IMG/VR virus record: IMGVR_UViG_3300001687_000010
Source of the DNA: a virus
Lineage: Duplodnaviria; Heunggongvirae; Uroviricota; Caudoviricetes
Direction: 5' to 3' (one strand)
DNA length: 64,000 nucleotides
How positions within the stretch are numbered: the stretch's first letter is position 1; every line of letters starts with the position of its first letter. Below the pieces are notes generated by a model that saw only the letters and a program-made list of their open reading frames with translations, was not told the origin of the DNA and did no database searches. This document shows, piece by piece, positions 44,431 through 53,073 of the stretch. The position numbers were made by a program, and so were the translations under genes.

Positions 44431-44442
44431 TGGTTCACTCCT

Positions 44443-45756
44443 TTACTTTTTTTGCTTTTCAAAAAGCATATGTTTTAAAGCAGGGAATACGTGGTCTCTG
44501 CTTTGAATAATGGATAGCAAAAATCGTTTTTCGTCATTCTTAAAAAAGGATGTTCCGCTATCTTTGGTCTCGCTAAAATTCCACGTCTTTTGAATCTCGT
44601 CTAAAAGAACGTGCCAGTTACCGTACATCATATCCTCTAACCTGATTTCGACATAAGATAACATATTAATATCTTTAGCAAGCATCTCTCCCATACGTCC
44701 TACTGTCAATTTGGGGTCCCAGTCTTCACCGTCTGAAATATAAACGCAATATACGTTCCATTCTTCAACGGGAAATTCGGTATCTATAATATAGTTGCCC
44801 AATTCAAACGCACTGGCGCAAGAGGTTCCACCTGATTCGCCTTTATGGAAAAAGGTATCCTCATCAACCACTTGAGCGTCCGTTGTATGGGTAATAAATT
44901 TGATTTCCACGTTATCATAACACTTTTTAAGAAATTCAACAAGCCAAAATAACATTGAACGGGCGAGATATTTTTTATCTCGGGTCATTGAACCGGATAC
45001 GTCCATCATACAAATAACAACCGCTTGTGATTGGTATTCAACATCGGGTTCAATTTGCTTATAACGCAGGTCATCATCGTTAATATAAACACCGTCCTGA
45101 CGTTCCTTAACTTTATCAGCCGCAATTAATTCTAAGGCTTCGTTAATATCACCATGCGCTTGCCGTAATGCGTTATTAGCGGTATCTTCATCACAACCGG
45201 ATTCTTCCATTATCTCGTGGACAAATGCGGTCATACGTTTTACGGCTTCGAGCAGGGTGCGTTTTTTATGAAGTCGTGGTCTAATACCTTTTTTGGATAT
45301 GGTCTCAAATTTCCATCCTTTAGGCACGAGCTGTTTTGCCTTTGTTTTATCTTCAATCCACGGCAAACCTAAATCCTCAAACATAATCTGGATAAGATAA
45401 TCGATATCGACTTCAACATCCATATAATCAACACCGGGAATATTTCCGGGTTTATCGGGGTCACCGTCCCCGTCTCCGTCTTTGGGCTTACTATCAATTA
45501 CATCGCCCGGTCCGGAATCCCCTTGACCGACTCCACCGACTCCGCCGTCGTTTTGTCCGTGTACAAAACGATAATCTTTCAAACCCCTAACTGGAATCCT
45601 TACTTTTTTACCACGCTTTTTAGTAATAATGGATTCTTCGGCAATAACATCACGGACGTTTTTGCGAATGGCATCATCTATTTTTTCGTGGTGACGTTCG
45701 GCGTCTTTTTGTCCCTTTTCCGAAAAGTCCCACTCATCATGAACTACTATGCTCAT
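44443..45756 (-). CDS. yeaH: YeaH / YhbH (DUF444) vWA protein
   Basis: DAERHHEKI, DDLRYK, MMDVSGSM, FITHTTDA, ESGGT..ASA and SDGED motifs. Confidence 0.92.
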   Translation of the reverse strand: MSIVVHDEWDFSEKGQKDAERHHEKIDDAIRKNVRDVIAEESIITKKRGKKVRIPVRGLKDYRFVHGQNDGGVGGVGQGDSGPGDVIDSKPKDGDGDGDPDKPGNIPGVDYMDVEVDIDYLIQIMFEDLGLPWIEDKTKAKQLVPKGWKFETISKKGIRPRLHKKRTLLEAVKRMTAFVHEIMEESGCDEDTANNALRQAHGDINEALELIAADKVKERQDGVYINDDDLRYKQIEPDVEYQSQAVVICMMDVSGSMTRDKKYLARSMLFWLVEFLKKCYDNVEIKFITHTTDAQVVDEDTFFHKGESGGTSCASAFELGNYIIDTEFPVEEWNVYCVYISDGEDWDPKLTVGRMGEMLAKDINMLSYVEIRLEDMMYGNWHVLLDEIQKTWNFSETKDSGTSFFKNDEKRFLLSIIQSRDHVFPALKHMLFEKQKK

Positions 45757-45952
45757 CGGTATCTCCTTCCGTTTCTTTTTTATTTGTTGCCGTAAACCCT
45801 AAAGTTCGAGTTTGTTTTTCTTCATTAAAAACTTTTACCTTTTCAATCCAAGCCGGTATCTTATCAAAATCTAAAAATTTAGCGGAATGAGTTGAAGCTT
45901 CGGCATCGCAATCTTTATTGTCTATCGTTATTTTAACTGTTATCATTCTCAT
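45737..45952 (-). CDS. Hypothetical protein inside the prkA operon
   Basis: SD AGGAG. Confidence 0.5.
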   Translation of the reverse strand: MRMITVKITIDNKDCDAEASTHSAKFLDFDKIPAWIEKVKVFNEEKQTRTLGFTATNKKETEGDTDEHSSS

Positions 45953-45963
45953 CTCCTAAAAAG

Positions 45964-46000
45964 AAGCCCCGCCTGCGCTTGAACATCACAGGCAGGGCTT
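45964..46000. terminator. Hairpin downstream of prkA
   Basis: AAGCCC..GCCTG / CAGGCAGGGCTT interrupted stem flanked by A/T runs. Confidence 0.5.
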
Positions 46001-46028
46001 TTATGAGACCAGTTGGACTGGTAGGTAT

Positions 46029-48059
46029 TTAGGTCTTACGCAAAATCTCCCCGACAAAGGCCAGAAGCATATTAGCGCAATTTTCGCAGTAGCCCTTTTC
46101 CAGAAGCGTCTTAAACGCTCGGCTCCGATGGCTTTTTGCCTTCGGGTTTGTATTGGTCGGGGATGCAATACTCAAGTTAACGACATTCTTTAGGTCACCC
46201 ATAAGTTTTTTCTCAATGGCTTCCCGTAATGGCGCATAACTATCAAACTTGAATTCTTCACCGGATTCCAGTGCCGTTGATTTATGTACAAAGATACCAT
46301 TTCTAAAGGTATCTTTTGAAGCGGCCGGTACGCCGATAAGTTCTTCAAGGCTTCGCATTAAGGTATCATCGGGGTCGCTATATTCGCCGGTAACGGAGTC
46401 CATAACCTTTTCCTTTTTACAGAAGGCTTCGCAGTGCTCCATATAGCGGTTAAATAGCTCTTGCGCCTGTTCGTCATAGGCGTATAAGAAGCCCCGATTA
46501 ACTTCTTTTTTAGCCAGTTCTTTAAATTCCGAAACCACCGATTGTTTATCGGCCATAAGGGTATTAAGGTAATTTTTAATATCCTCATCCTTAATACCAA
46601 CGTGATGCTCGAAATTATGTTTTAAGGTACGGATAAGGTCTATCGGACTAACACAACCCTTCCAGACTCTCTTTTCCCCGTCCTTAAATTTGGCATCGGG
46701 ATTTTCATTTCGACCGAGGGCGATGTTTAAGGCGTTAATAATAAAACGTGGACTGATACCTTCCATACCTTCGCCCAGTTTTTTGCCTTCTTCACGAAGG
46801 GCTTTAACGTCTATATCGGTCTTTTTAAATTCGTCCGATACTTCGCCATCATAAAGCTTCATCTTCTGGATGGGGCTTGTGACTTTGGTCGATTTTTTAA
46901 GCCGTGATAATACGGCAAATTCGGCGGCAATCCGCAGGGTATGAGGAGCGATATGGATATCACGGAAGTCGGACTCCGCAATCATCTTTTCGTAAATTTT
47001 AATCTCCTCGCTAACCTTGAGATTCCACGGAACCTTTACAACGTACATTCTGTCGTGTAAAGCTTCGTTTTTCTTTTCGGAACGGAAGCTGTCATATTCC
47101 GTCTGGTTGGTATGGCTTAAAATGCTTGTATCAATATACATCTGCGGAAAACCGGGTGCTTTAATCAACTGCTCTTGGGCGGCTGAAATTAAAACGTAAT
47201 GGAATTTAATATCCGCTTTTAAAATTTCGATGTATTCGATAATTCCACCATTGGCAACCTGAAGTTCGCCGTCAAACTGATAACCACGTGGGTCGGTTTC
47301 ACCGAATCGGGCAATTTTAGCCATGTTAACACGTCCGATAAGCTCGGTAACGTCTTGGCTTTTTGGGTCGGATGGCTGAAACGTACCAATACAGGTTCGT
47401 TTCTGTTCCGATATATGAATCTGCTCTACCGGAATTTCTTCCCATTTTACAATGCCGTTTTCATCGGTGTATTTTTCTTCGATTTCCTGTTGACAATGTG
47501 GGCATAAGAAACCTTCAATTTTAACACCTAACTGCTCTTCCCAAAAAGGTCTATCCTCTTCGGGAATAAGGTGTAAGGGTTCTTCGTGAATCGGGCATCC
47601 TTTAATGGCGTATTTTTCGGTTTCATCACGCTCAAGCCCTTTTTTAATAAGGCCTGCGATTGTTGATTTACCTGATGATACAGGCCCCATCATAAGAAGG
47701 ATACGCTTGCCCGTTTCGGTTCTTCGTGCGGCCGCTTTCATAAAGCGGAGCAAATCATGCAGGGCTTCAAGGGGACGGTCACCGAAAATCTTGCCCTTGA
47801 AAAAATTATACTGGACAAGGTCTTCGTAACCTTGTGTTTTTAGCGCAGGGTCTACCGGACTCGTACCGTGTTTCATAATCATATTATAAATACGTCCGGG
47901 CGCAAAGTTAGCAATTTCGGGATTTTCCTGTACCTTTTCCAGATACGCAATAACTGGCCCTTCCCAGTTAGCCCGACCTTTACCTGTTTTTCTCTGTTCG
48001 AGAATAACCTTTCTAAAGTCGTCTGATTTCATCATTTTGTCCATTAGGTCTCCTTTCAT
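46029..48059 (-). CDS. prkA: PrkA / YeaG family AAA+ serine protein kinase
   Basis: LLMMGPVSSGKST, CPIHEEPLHLIP, DPKSQDVTELIG, ANGGIIEYIEILK, HTNQTEY, EALHDR and GISPRF motifs. Confidence 0.95.
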   Translation of the reverse strand: MKGDLMDKMMKSDDFRKVILEQRKTGKGRANWEGPVIAYLEKVQENPEIANFAPGRIYNMIMKHGTSPVDPALKTQGYEDLVQYNFFKGKIFGDRPLEALHDLLRFMKAAARRTETGKRILLMMGPVSSGKSTIAGLIKKGLERDETEKYAIKGCPIHEEPLHLIPEEDRPFWEEQLGVKIEGFLCPHCQQEIEEKYTDENGIVKWEEIPVEQIHISEQKRTCIGTFQPSDPKSQDVTELIGRVNMAKIARFGETDPRGYQFDGELQVANGGIIEYIEILKADIKFHYVLISAAQEQLIKAPGFPQMYIDTSILSHTNQTEYDSFRSEKKNEALHDRMYVVKVPWNLKVSEEIKIYEKMIAESDFRDIHIAPHTLRIAAEFAVLSRLKKSTKVTSPIQKMKLYDGEVSDEFKKTDIDVKALREEGKKLGEGMEGISPRFIINALNIALGRNENPDAKFKDGEKRVWKGCVSPIDLIRTLKHNFEHHVGIKDEDIKNYLNTLMADKQSVVSEFKELAKKEVNRGFLYAYDEQAQELFNRYMEHCEAFCKKEKVMDSVTGEYSDPDDTLMRSLEELIGVPAASKDTFRNGIFVHKSTALESGEEFKFDSYAPLREAIEKKLMGDLKNVVNLSIASPTNTNPKAKSHRSRAFKTLLEKGYCENCANMLLAFVGEILRKT

Positions 48060-48077
48060 TTTATTTGAGGTATACCG

Positions 48078-48106
48078 ATTATACCATTACCATAATAAAA
48101 TGTAAA
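48078..48106 (-). promoter_or_regulatory. sigma70-like early promoter for prkA-yeaH-spoVR
   Basis: TTTACA (48106-48101)-N17-TATAAT (48083-48078). Confidence 0.8.
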
Positions 48107-48123
48107 CGGCTAATTTTGTTTTA

Positions 48124-48606
48124 TTAATTATCAGTTGATTCTTTTTCTGAATCAGATTCATTGCCCCTACTTTCTAAGAGCTTGAGGACATCTTCACGGG
48201 ACGCTATGATTAAATTTTGATTTTTTGGGCGGTCAATTTTATATGATTTTATTTGGACTTCCTTTTCTTTTAACAAAGCCAGTTTTTTCCGTATATCCAA
48301 ATATTTGTTATAATTAGCATTATCAATTAATTTAGAACTGGCGGCAGTTATGGAGTTGATTATTTGACCGGCGACCTCCACCAATCGGGCGGAAAAGTTA
48401 CCGCTTTCCATCTCCTCTTTAACCATATCCAATATTTCATTTGCCCTTTCTATATTATTACGAAGGGCAGTTATATCAGAGGTTTCTTCTTCCCATTCTA
48501 ACTCAAACGGGTCAGGCCCCTCATCCACGATTTCCGGTTCAACCACTTCGGGTTCGGCCGGAATATCAAATTGTTCTTCTAAATTTTGCCTATTCAAAGT
48601 TGGCAC
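48124..48606 (-). CDS. terS: Terminase small subunit, T4 gp16-like
   Basis: SARLVEVAGQII and C-terminal NQNLIIASREDVLKLL patterns. Probable GTG start at 48606 after GAGGAGG; TATAAATA at 48676-48683. Confidence 0.7.
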   Translation of the reverse strand: MPTLNRQNLEEQFDIPAEPEVVEPEIVDEGPDPFELEWEEETSDITALRNNIERANEILDMVKEEMESGNFSARLVEVAGQIINSITAASSKLIDNANYNKYLDIRKKLALLKEKEVQIKSYKIDRPKNQNLIIASREDVLKLLESRGNESDSEKESTDN

Positions 48607-48715
48607 TACATCCTCCTCAACGCCCCACATCTATCTAAAAGTTCACACAAGGTTTAGAGTTCGGGGCTTCAAAGATATTTATAATTATACCACAAAATTT
48701 ATGGATTGTAAATGA

Positions 48716-48750
48716 AGAGAAAAGCCCCGTCCCTTGCGGAACGAGGCTTT
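48716..48750 (-). terminator. Intrinsic terminator after the major capsid gene
   Basis: AAAGCCTCGTTCC-GCAA-GGGACGGGGCTTTT. Confidence 0.8.
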
Positions 48751-48781
48751 AATTTTTTTTAACTAACTAAAAATCTGGTTT

Positions 48782-50005
48782 TTACGCAGGAAGGTTAGTT
48801 AGGCTTACTTTCTGGTAATAATTCTTGCTACCAAACAAGTGGTCGTGAATTCCGTAACGGCTCATCAATCCAAGTGCAGGATTAAAAGAATCCTCAAAGG
48901 TCGCACGAGAAGCAAGTAGCTGAATATACGGCAAATAAATAACGCCAGTATCATACTCACTTGGGCCTTTGTAACCAACGATAAATTGGTTGCTACTCTG
49001 GAAGGTATCACGGTATACGCTTAGTCTACCGTCAAGGGAACCGATTCGAGAAATTCCAACAGCAGAAGTATTAACATTTCCGGGTACCGGCGCAATTGTA
49101 AATGCCGCCATTGACTCAAATATCGCTACTGAGTACGGGTCACCTACAATCCAGTTACCTGAACCACGTCTTGTGTTAATAGCAATCTGTTGTGCTCTGC
49201 GGAGAATGTAGTGATATAGTTCTCTATATCTTTCCATTTCCCATCTACCACCGGGTACGCCTGTTCCTGAAGCGGCTTGGTAATTCCAAGTCAAGTCATA
49301 GTTAGCACCACCGGCTACGCAGACTGCGTCAATTTTCTCGATGAGTTCACGGTCAATTTCTGCCGTAATTTCATAAGCAAGAATATCCATCATTTCCTCT
49401 TCGAGGTTAAGACCGTGCATTGCTTTAAGGTCTTGGGCTACCTCAAGAGACCAACGGCTTCTTAACTTACGGGTTTTGGCTTCAATCTGTGCCTTCTCAA
49501 CGGTCATATTAATTTCATTAATATGTGTTCCGGCACCGACACCTAAACCAACGTCATTACCAACACCTGCGCCTGCTTTTGAACCCAACGCTTCACCGGC
49601 TGATGTTACATAAGAACCTGAGTAAGAGCTATCGATTGTATTGTAACCAAGTTCAGTGGTATTTGCGGTATAATTACCGGCAGTCGTACCAGCTCTAAAA
49701 CGAAGAGCAAATGCCAATCCAACAGGACCGGTCATCGGCTGAACACCTACTAAATCGTGAGCTACTAATTCAGGGAATGTACGTCTAACCATCGGTACTG
49801 CGATTTTGTGAAAAATACCTGAAGTCGGATAACCGGCTTTCGTACCGAATGAGTCATTAGGATAGGCATAGGTTGTGGCTTCTTGCAACCAGTTATGCTG
49901 ATTCTCAAGCATAATTGCGGTTGACTTGCGGACATTGGTATTACGGATTTCATTGCCCTCATTAAGAACCTCTTCCCACTTTTGCATTAGTTCTCTAATG
50001 TCCAT
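48782..50005 (-). CDS. Major capsid protein, T4 gp23-like
   Basis: VRRTFPELVAHDLVGVQPMTGPVGLAFALR, AKTRKLRSRWSLEVAQDLKAMHG, EIDRE and GYKGPSEYD motifs. Confidence 0.97.
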   Translation of the reverse strand: MDIRELMQKWEEVLNEGNEIRNTNVRKSTAIMLENQHNWLQEATTYAYPNDSFGTKAGYPTSGIFHKIAVPMVRRTFPELVAHDLVGVQPMTGPVGLAFALRFRAGTTAGNYTANTTELGYNTIDSSYSGSYVTSAGEALGSKAGAGVGNDVGLGVGAGTHINEINMTVEKAQIEAKTRKLRSRWSLEVAQDLKAMHGLNLEEEMMDILAYEITAEIDRELIEKIDAVCVAGGANYDLTWNYQAASGTGVPGGRWEMERYRELYHYILRRAQQIAINTRRGSGNWIVGDPYSVAIFESMAAFTIAPVPGNVNTSAVGISRIGSLDGRLSVYRDTFQSSNQFIVGYKGPSEYDTGVIYLPYIQLLASRATFEDSFNPALGLMSRYGIHDHLFGSKNYYQKVSLTNLPA

Positions 50006-50055
50006 TTACTTTTTTCCTCCTTTAAATATTTGAACAGCTTTTAATTAAACGCTTT

Positions 50056-50904
50056 TTATGAAATTTTGTTTTCTTTTAAAACTTGTAAGTACCGCTTTGT
50101 GTACTCAGCGAAGGGGCTTGTATCTTCTTTCATATCGCCCTTCTTCTTTTTGTCGCCGTCCTCATCTTCTTCATCTTCTTCATCGAGTTCGGCCTTTCCT
50201 TTCCCTTCTTCAACTTGGTCTTCGTTGTTTTTCGGGTCAGACTTTTTCTTTTGCTTTTCGATTACGTCCTCTCCTTCATCATCACCAACGTTTACGGGTT
50301 CAAACCGTTCACTATCGGCAATAACTTGGAATTTACGGTCAATCTCAGCTTTGTCAGTTACGCCACTTAGAATATCAAAAATTTGTGCTTTTTGACTTTC
50401 TGTTAGCCCCTGACATTTCTTGTGCAAATAAAGTTCTGCAGCCATTTCCTGTGCATCGCCTTTAAGCTCAAGGTTTTCTTGGATTGTCTTGTCCATCTGC
50501 TTGCGGAGACCTACGATTTCTTCTTTAGCCTCTTTAAGTAGACTCTTAACTTCTTCATCAAGCAATCCTTGGTCAACGCTCAAGCGCACTTTAAATTGCT
50601 CAATAAGGTCATGATATAGCTCGCCTTTTTTCGCATACTCCAAAACCTCTTCTGGAATCTTAAGCTCTTCTTCAAAAACTCCGTCTACGAAGTTAGAAAA
50701 TTTGCCGGTCATATCGTTTTTATACTCGTCAAATTTTAGCTCATATTCTTCCACGAGCTGTTCCTTCGCTTCTTCCAGTTTGGATTCGAGTAACTCTTTG
50801 GCCTTAACATCAATGACGGTATTGAGCTTCTCGGTTAAGTCAGCCTGTACTGCTTCATCAAGCTTGTCTGCACCAAGTAGTTCCAAGATTTTGGTCAAGT
50901 CCAT
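50056..50904 (-). CDS. Prohead scaffold / core protein, T4 gp22-like
   Basis: Acidic coiled-coil between gp21 and gp23; C-terminal YTKRYL; TATAAATA at 50944-50951. Confidence 0.85.
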   Translation of the reverse strand: MDLTKILELLGADKLDEAVQADLTEKLNTVIDVKAKELLESKLEEAKEQLVEEYELKFDEYKNDMTGKFSNFVDGVFEEELKIPEEVLEYAKKGELYHDLIEQFKVRLSVDQGLLDEEVKSLLKEAKEEIVGLRKQMDKTIQENLELKGDAQEMAAELYLHKKCQGLTESQKAQIFDILSGVTDKAEIDRKFQVIADSERFEPVNVGDDEGEDVIEKQKKKSDPKNNEDQVEEGKGKAELDEEDEEDEDGDKKKKGDMKEDTSPFAEYTKRYLQVLKENKIS

Positions 50905-50994
50905 TAAGCTAATACCTCCTTGTAAGATTTACTCAAATATATTTATTTATAGTACCATATTTGTTAAAATTGGTTGTAAGTTAGGGATATGATA

Positions 50995-51027
50995 GAGAAA
51001 ACCCGAATCCTAATGAATTCGGGTTTC
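50995..51027 (-). terminator. Intrinsic terminator
   Basis: AAACCCGAAT/ATTCGGGTTT stem followed by TTTTCTC on the minus strand. Confidence 0.75.
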
Positions 51028-51060
51028 GTGAGGGATAGGGGAACTGTCGGAATTTATATA

Positions 51061-51312
51061 TTATATATACTTTCCTAAAATCATATTGTTAAAAAATTGT
51101 AAGGATTTTTTAGCATTAACAAGGTCTTTAGAAAGCATCCCTGTTTCGCCATTAAATGAATTCATTTCTCTTACTAAATTTGATATATGGTCACCAACAC
51201 CATAATAAGCATCTCTTAATCTTGTAAAATCTCTACTATCCATATTTTTAAATGCTTCTCTTATATCTTTATCAGTCTCAGACGCCTCGGTTAAATATTT
51301 TTCAAAGTTCAT
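51061..51312 (-). CDS. Putative internal head protein
   Basis: MNFEKYLTE. Confidence 0.65.
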   Translation of the reverse strand: MNFEKYLTEASETDKDIREAFKNMDSRDFTRLRDAYYGVGDHISNLVREMNSFNGETGMLSKDLVNAKKSLQFFNNMILGKYI

Positions 51313-51320
51313 TTTATCTC

Positions 51321-51785
51321 CTATGCATAACTGCTTGAAAATTTAGGCTTACCGTCCCATTTAGAACACCATCCATGACCGGACGGGGAGTTAATATAAA
51401 CTGAACCAGAGCTAATGCCCCATCTTTTTGTAATAGCGGAACCTTTAAATTTCCCTTTTAGTGGAGTTGTCTGGCCACTCATAAATCCGGTTTCTTTATA
51501 TTTACCGTTTATGGGTCTAATTTTAACGGATTTACCACTACCCGTAATTTGTACGACCTGCCACCAGTCTATATTAGTCTGGTCATAACCCCAAGAATCG
51601 TAAAATATATCCCCGACAGCTATCGGTACTTCAGCAGGCTCTTGTTTTACTCCGGGCTTTTTTTGGTCTCCTTGTGTTCTGGTAGTTGTAAACCCTTTAA
51701 AGTCCTTACCGACTTTACCTCTACTTCTAAGAAGGTCTATATCGGATTGGCTTAGTTTTTCATCTATCCTTTCTAATATATCCAT
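51321..51785 (-). CDS. Putative internal head protein (conserved phage family)
   Basis: MDILERIDEKL; VGDIFYDSWGYDQTNIDWWQVV. Confidence 0.65.
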   Translation of the reverse strand: MDILERIDEKLSQSDIDLLRSRGKVGKDFKGFTTTRTQGDQKKPGVKQEPAEVPIAVGDIFYDSWGYDQTNIDWWQVVQITGSGKSVKIRPINGKYKETGFMSGQTTPLKGKFKGSAITKRWGISSGSVYINSPSGHGWCSKWDGKPKFSSSYA

Positions 51786-51786
51786 T

Positions 51787-52035
51787 TTAAGTATCCATAT
51801 CCATTATAATATACCCACGGGCCTGAGCATCATGCCTTACATCCCCGACCATATCAGTTCCGGCCGGAAATTCATGACTATTAGACCAGAGCACCTCACC
51901 GTCATTGTTTACATAAATCATCGGGCTTCGTTTATTCCAAAAATTCATCATTTCATATGACGTGCCTGCGCCACTGGACTCGTCTAATTTTTCTTTTTTA
52001 GGTGTTAGGTATTTTTCTATTAGGTCCGTTCTCAT
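51787..52035 (-). CDS. Putative internal head protein
   Basis: LIEKYLTP..LDE. Confidence 0.55.
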   Translation of the reverse strand: MRTDLIEKYLTPKKEKLDESSGAGTSYEMMNFWNKRSPMIYVNNDGEVLWSNSHEFPAGTDMVGDVRHDAQARGYIIMDMDT

Positions 52036-52057
52036 TAGGTAAAATTCTCAACCATTA

Positions 52058-52681
52058 TTAGTTTTTCTCCGTTAATTGTAACCATTTAACAATCGTACTG
52101 GTCGGTCTTTTTAGAATTCCCTGTAAACGGTCAAGAGTATCTGCCATCTCCTGCTCTTCCGGGGTCATGCCCATAGCCATATTAGGAAGTACCCAATCAC
52201 GTCCTTCATAAACACCGTTTACCCATGACGGATGGTTACTTGGGTCTGTTACCATATCCCAAGTAATAAGATTAAAGTCCTCATTTACCGTACCATCTTC
52301 GGCCACTGAGCCAAGTCCACGACTTGAGATTCCCATAGAACCTTCTTTAATAAGGGTTTTAGCAATCTCGCCATGAGGTGTATCGAGTACCTTAGATTTA
52401 CCGTATAGGTCATTGCCTCTCCATTCCAACATAGTAGTTAGAATAGCAATTCTCTCAGGGTTGACTTCCGGGTTCGGTGGATGACCAAGTTCACCCCATA
52501 GGGTTTTCTTTTCAATCTTTTCCTGAACCTTACCCACTTCCCTTTCAAGCACCGACTTTTTATATACACGGTTGTTATTGTTTTTGCGTTCCGCAGAACT
52601 GTAGATACCTACGATATGAACCCCTTTGCTTTTGGACTCAACGAGTTCAAAATCATAACTGGTTTCTGTTATAAGTTTCAT
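52058..52681 (-). CDS. Prohead core protease, T4 gp21-like
   Basis: MKLITE, NNNNRVY, GELGHP, GISSRGLGS and WDMVTDPS motifs. Confidence 0.95.
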   Translation of the reverse strand: MKLITETSYDFELVESKSKGVHIVGIYSSAERKNNNNRVYKKSVLEREVGKVQEKIEKKTLWGELGHPPNPEVNPERIAILTTMLEWRGNDLYGKSKVLDTPHGEIAKTLIKEGSMGISSRGLGSVAEDGTVNEDFNLITWDMVTDPSNHPSWVNGVYEGRDWVLPNMAMGMTPEEQEMADTLDRLQGILKRPTSTIVKWLQLTEKN

Positions 52682-52701
52682 TTGTTTCTCCCTCTTTCTC
52701 C

Positions 52702-53049
52702 TTACTTAAACATTGCTTTGGACGTATTATAAATCCATTTTGCTTGGTCGGGTGAAAAGCTACCATTTTTCTTAAAATAATCTCTTAACCCTCTGGCCAT
52801 TTTAAGAATTTCATTTTTTGGGTCGGGTTTATCACCAGATTCCAATGCGCCGAGAATAGCATCTAAACTCTTTTTAGCATCTTCAGTGGAACCCTCGTCT
52901 ACCTTTTTCTCTGCTAAATCGATTCCGGTCTTATCTTTAATCCAATCTACTTTAGCGTCCGTAATCTCCTTGCGTAAAATTTCTTGAGCATCGGTAAACT
53001 CATCGTTCTCAAAATGGTCTAATGCCTTTCTAATTCTTTCAGTATCCAT
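52702..53049 (-). CDS. Prohead core protein (gp67/gp68 position)
   Basis: Located between portal and protease; TATAAATA at 53082-53089. Confidence 0.55.
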   Translation of the reverse strand: MDTERIRKALDHFENDEFTDAQEILRKEITDAKVDWIKDKTGIDLAEKKVDEGSTEDAKKSLDAILGALESGDKPDPKNEILKMARGLRDYFKKNGSFSPDQAKWIYNTSKAMFK

Positions 53050-53073
53050 ACGTTTTACTCCTTATATGATAAT

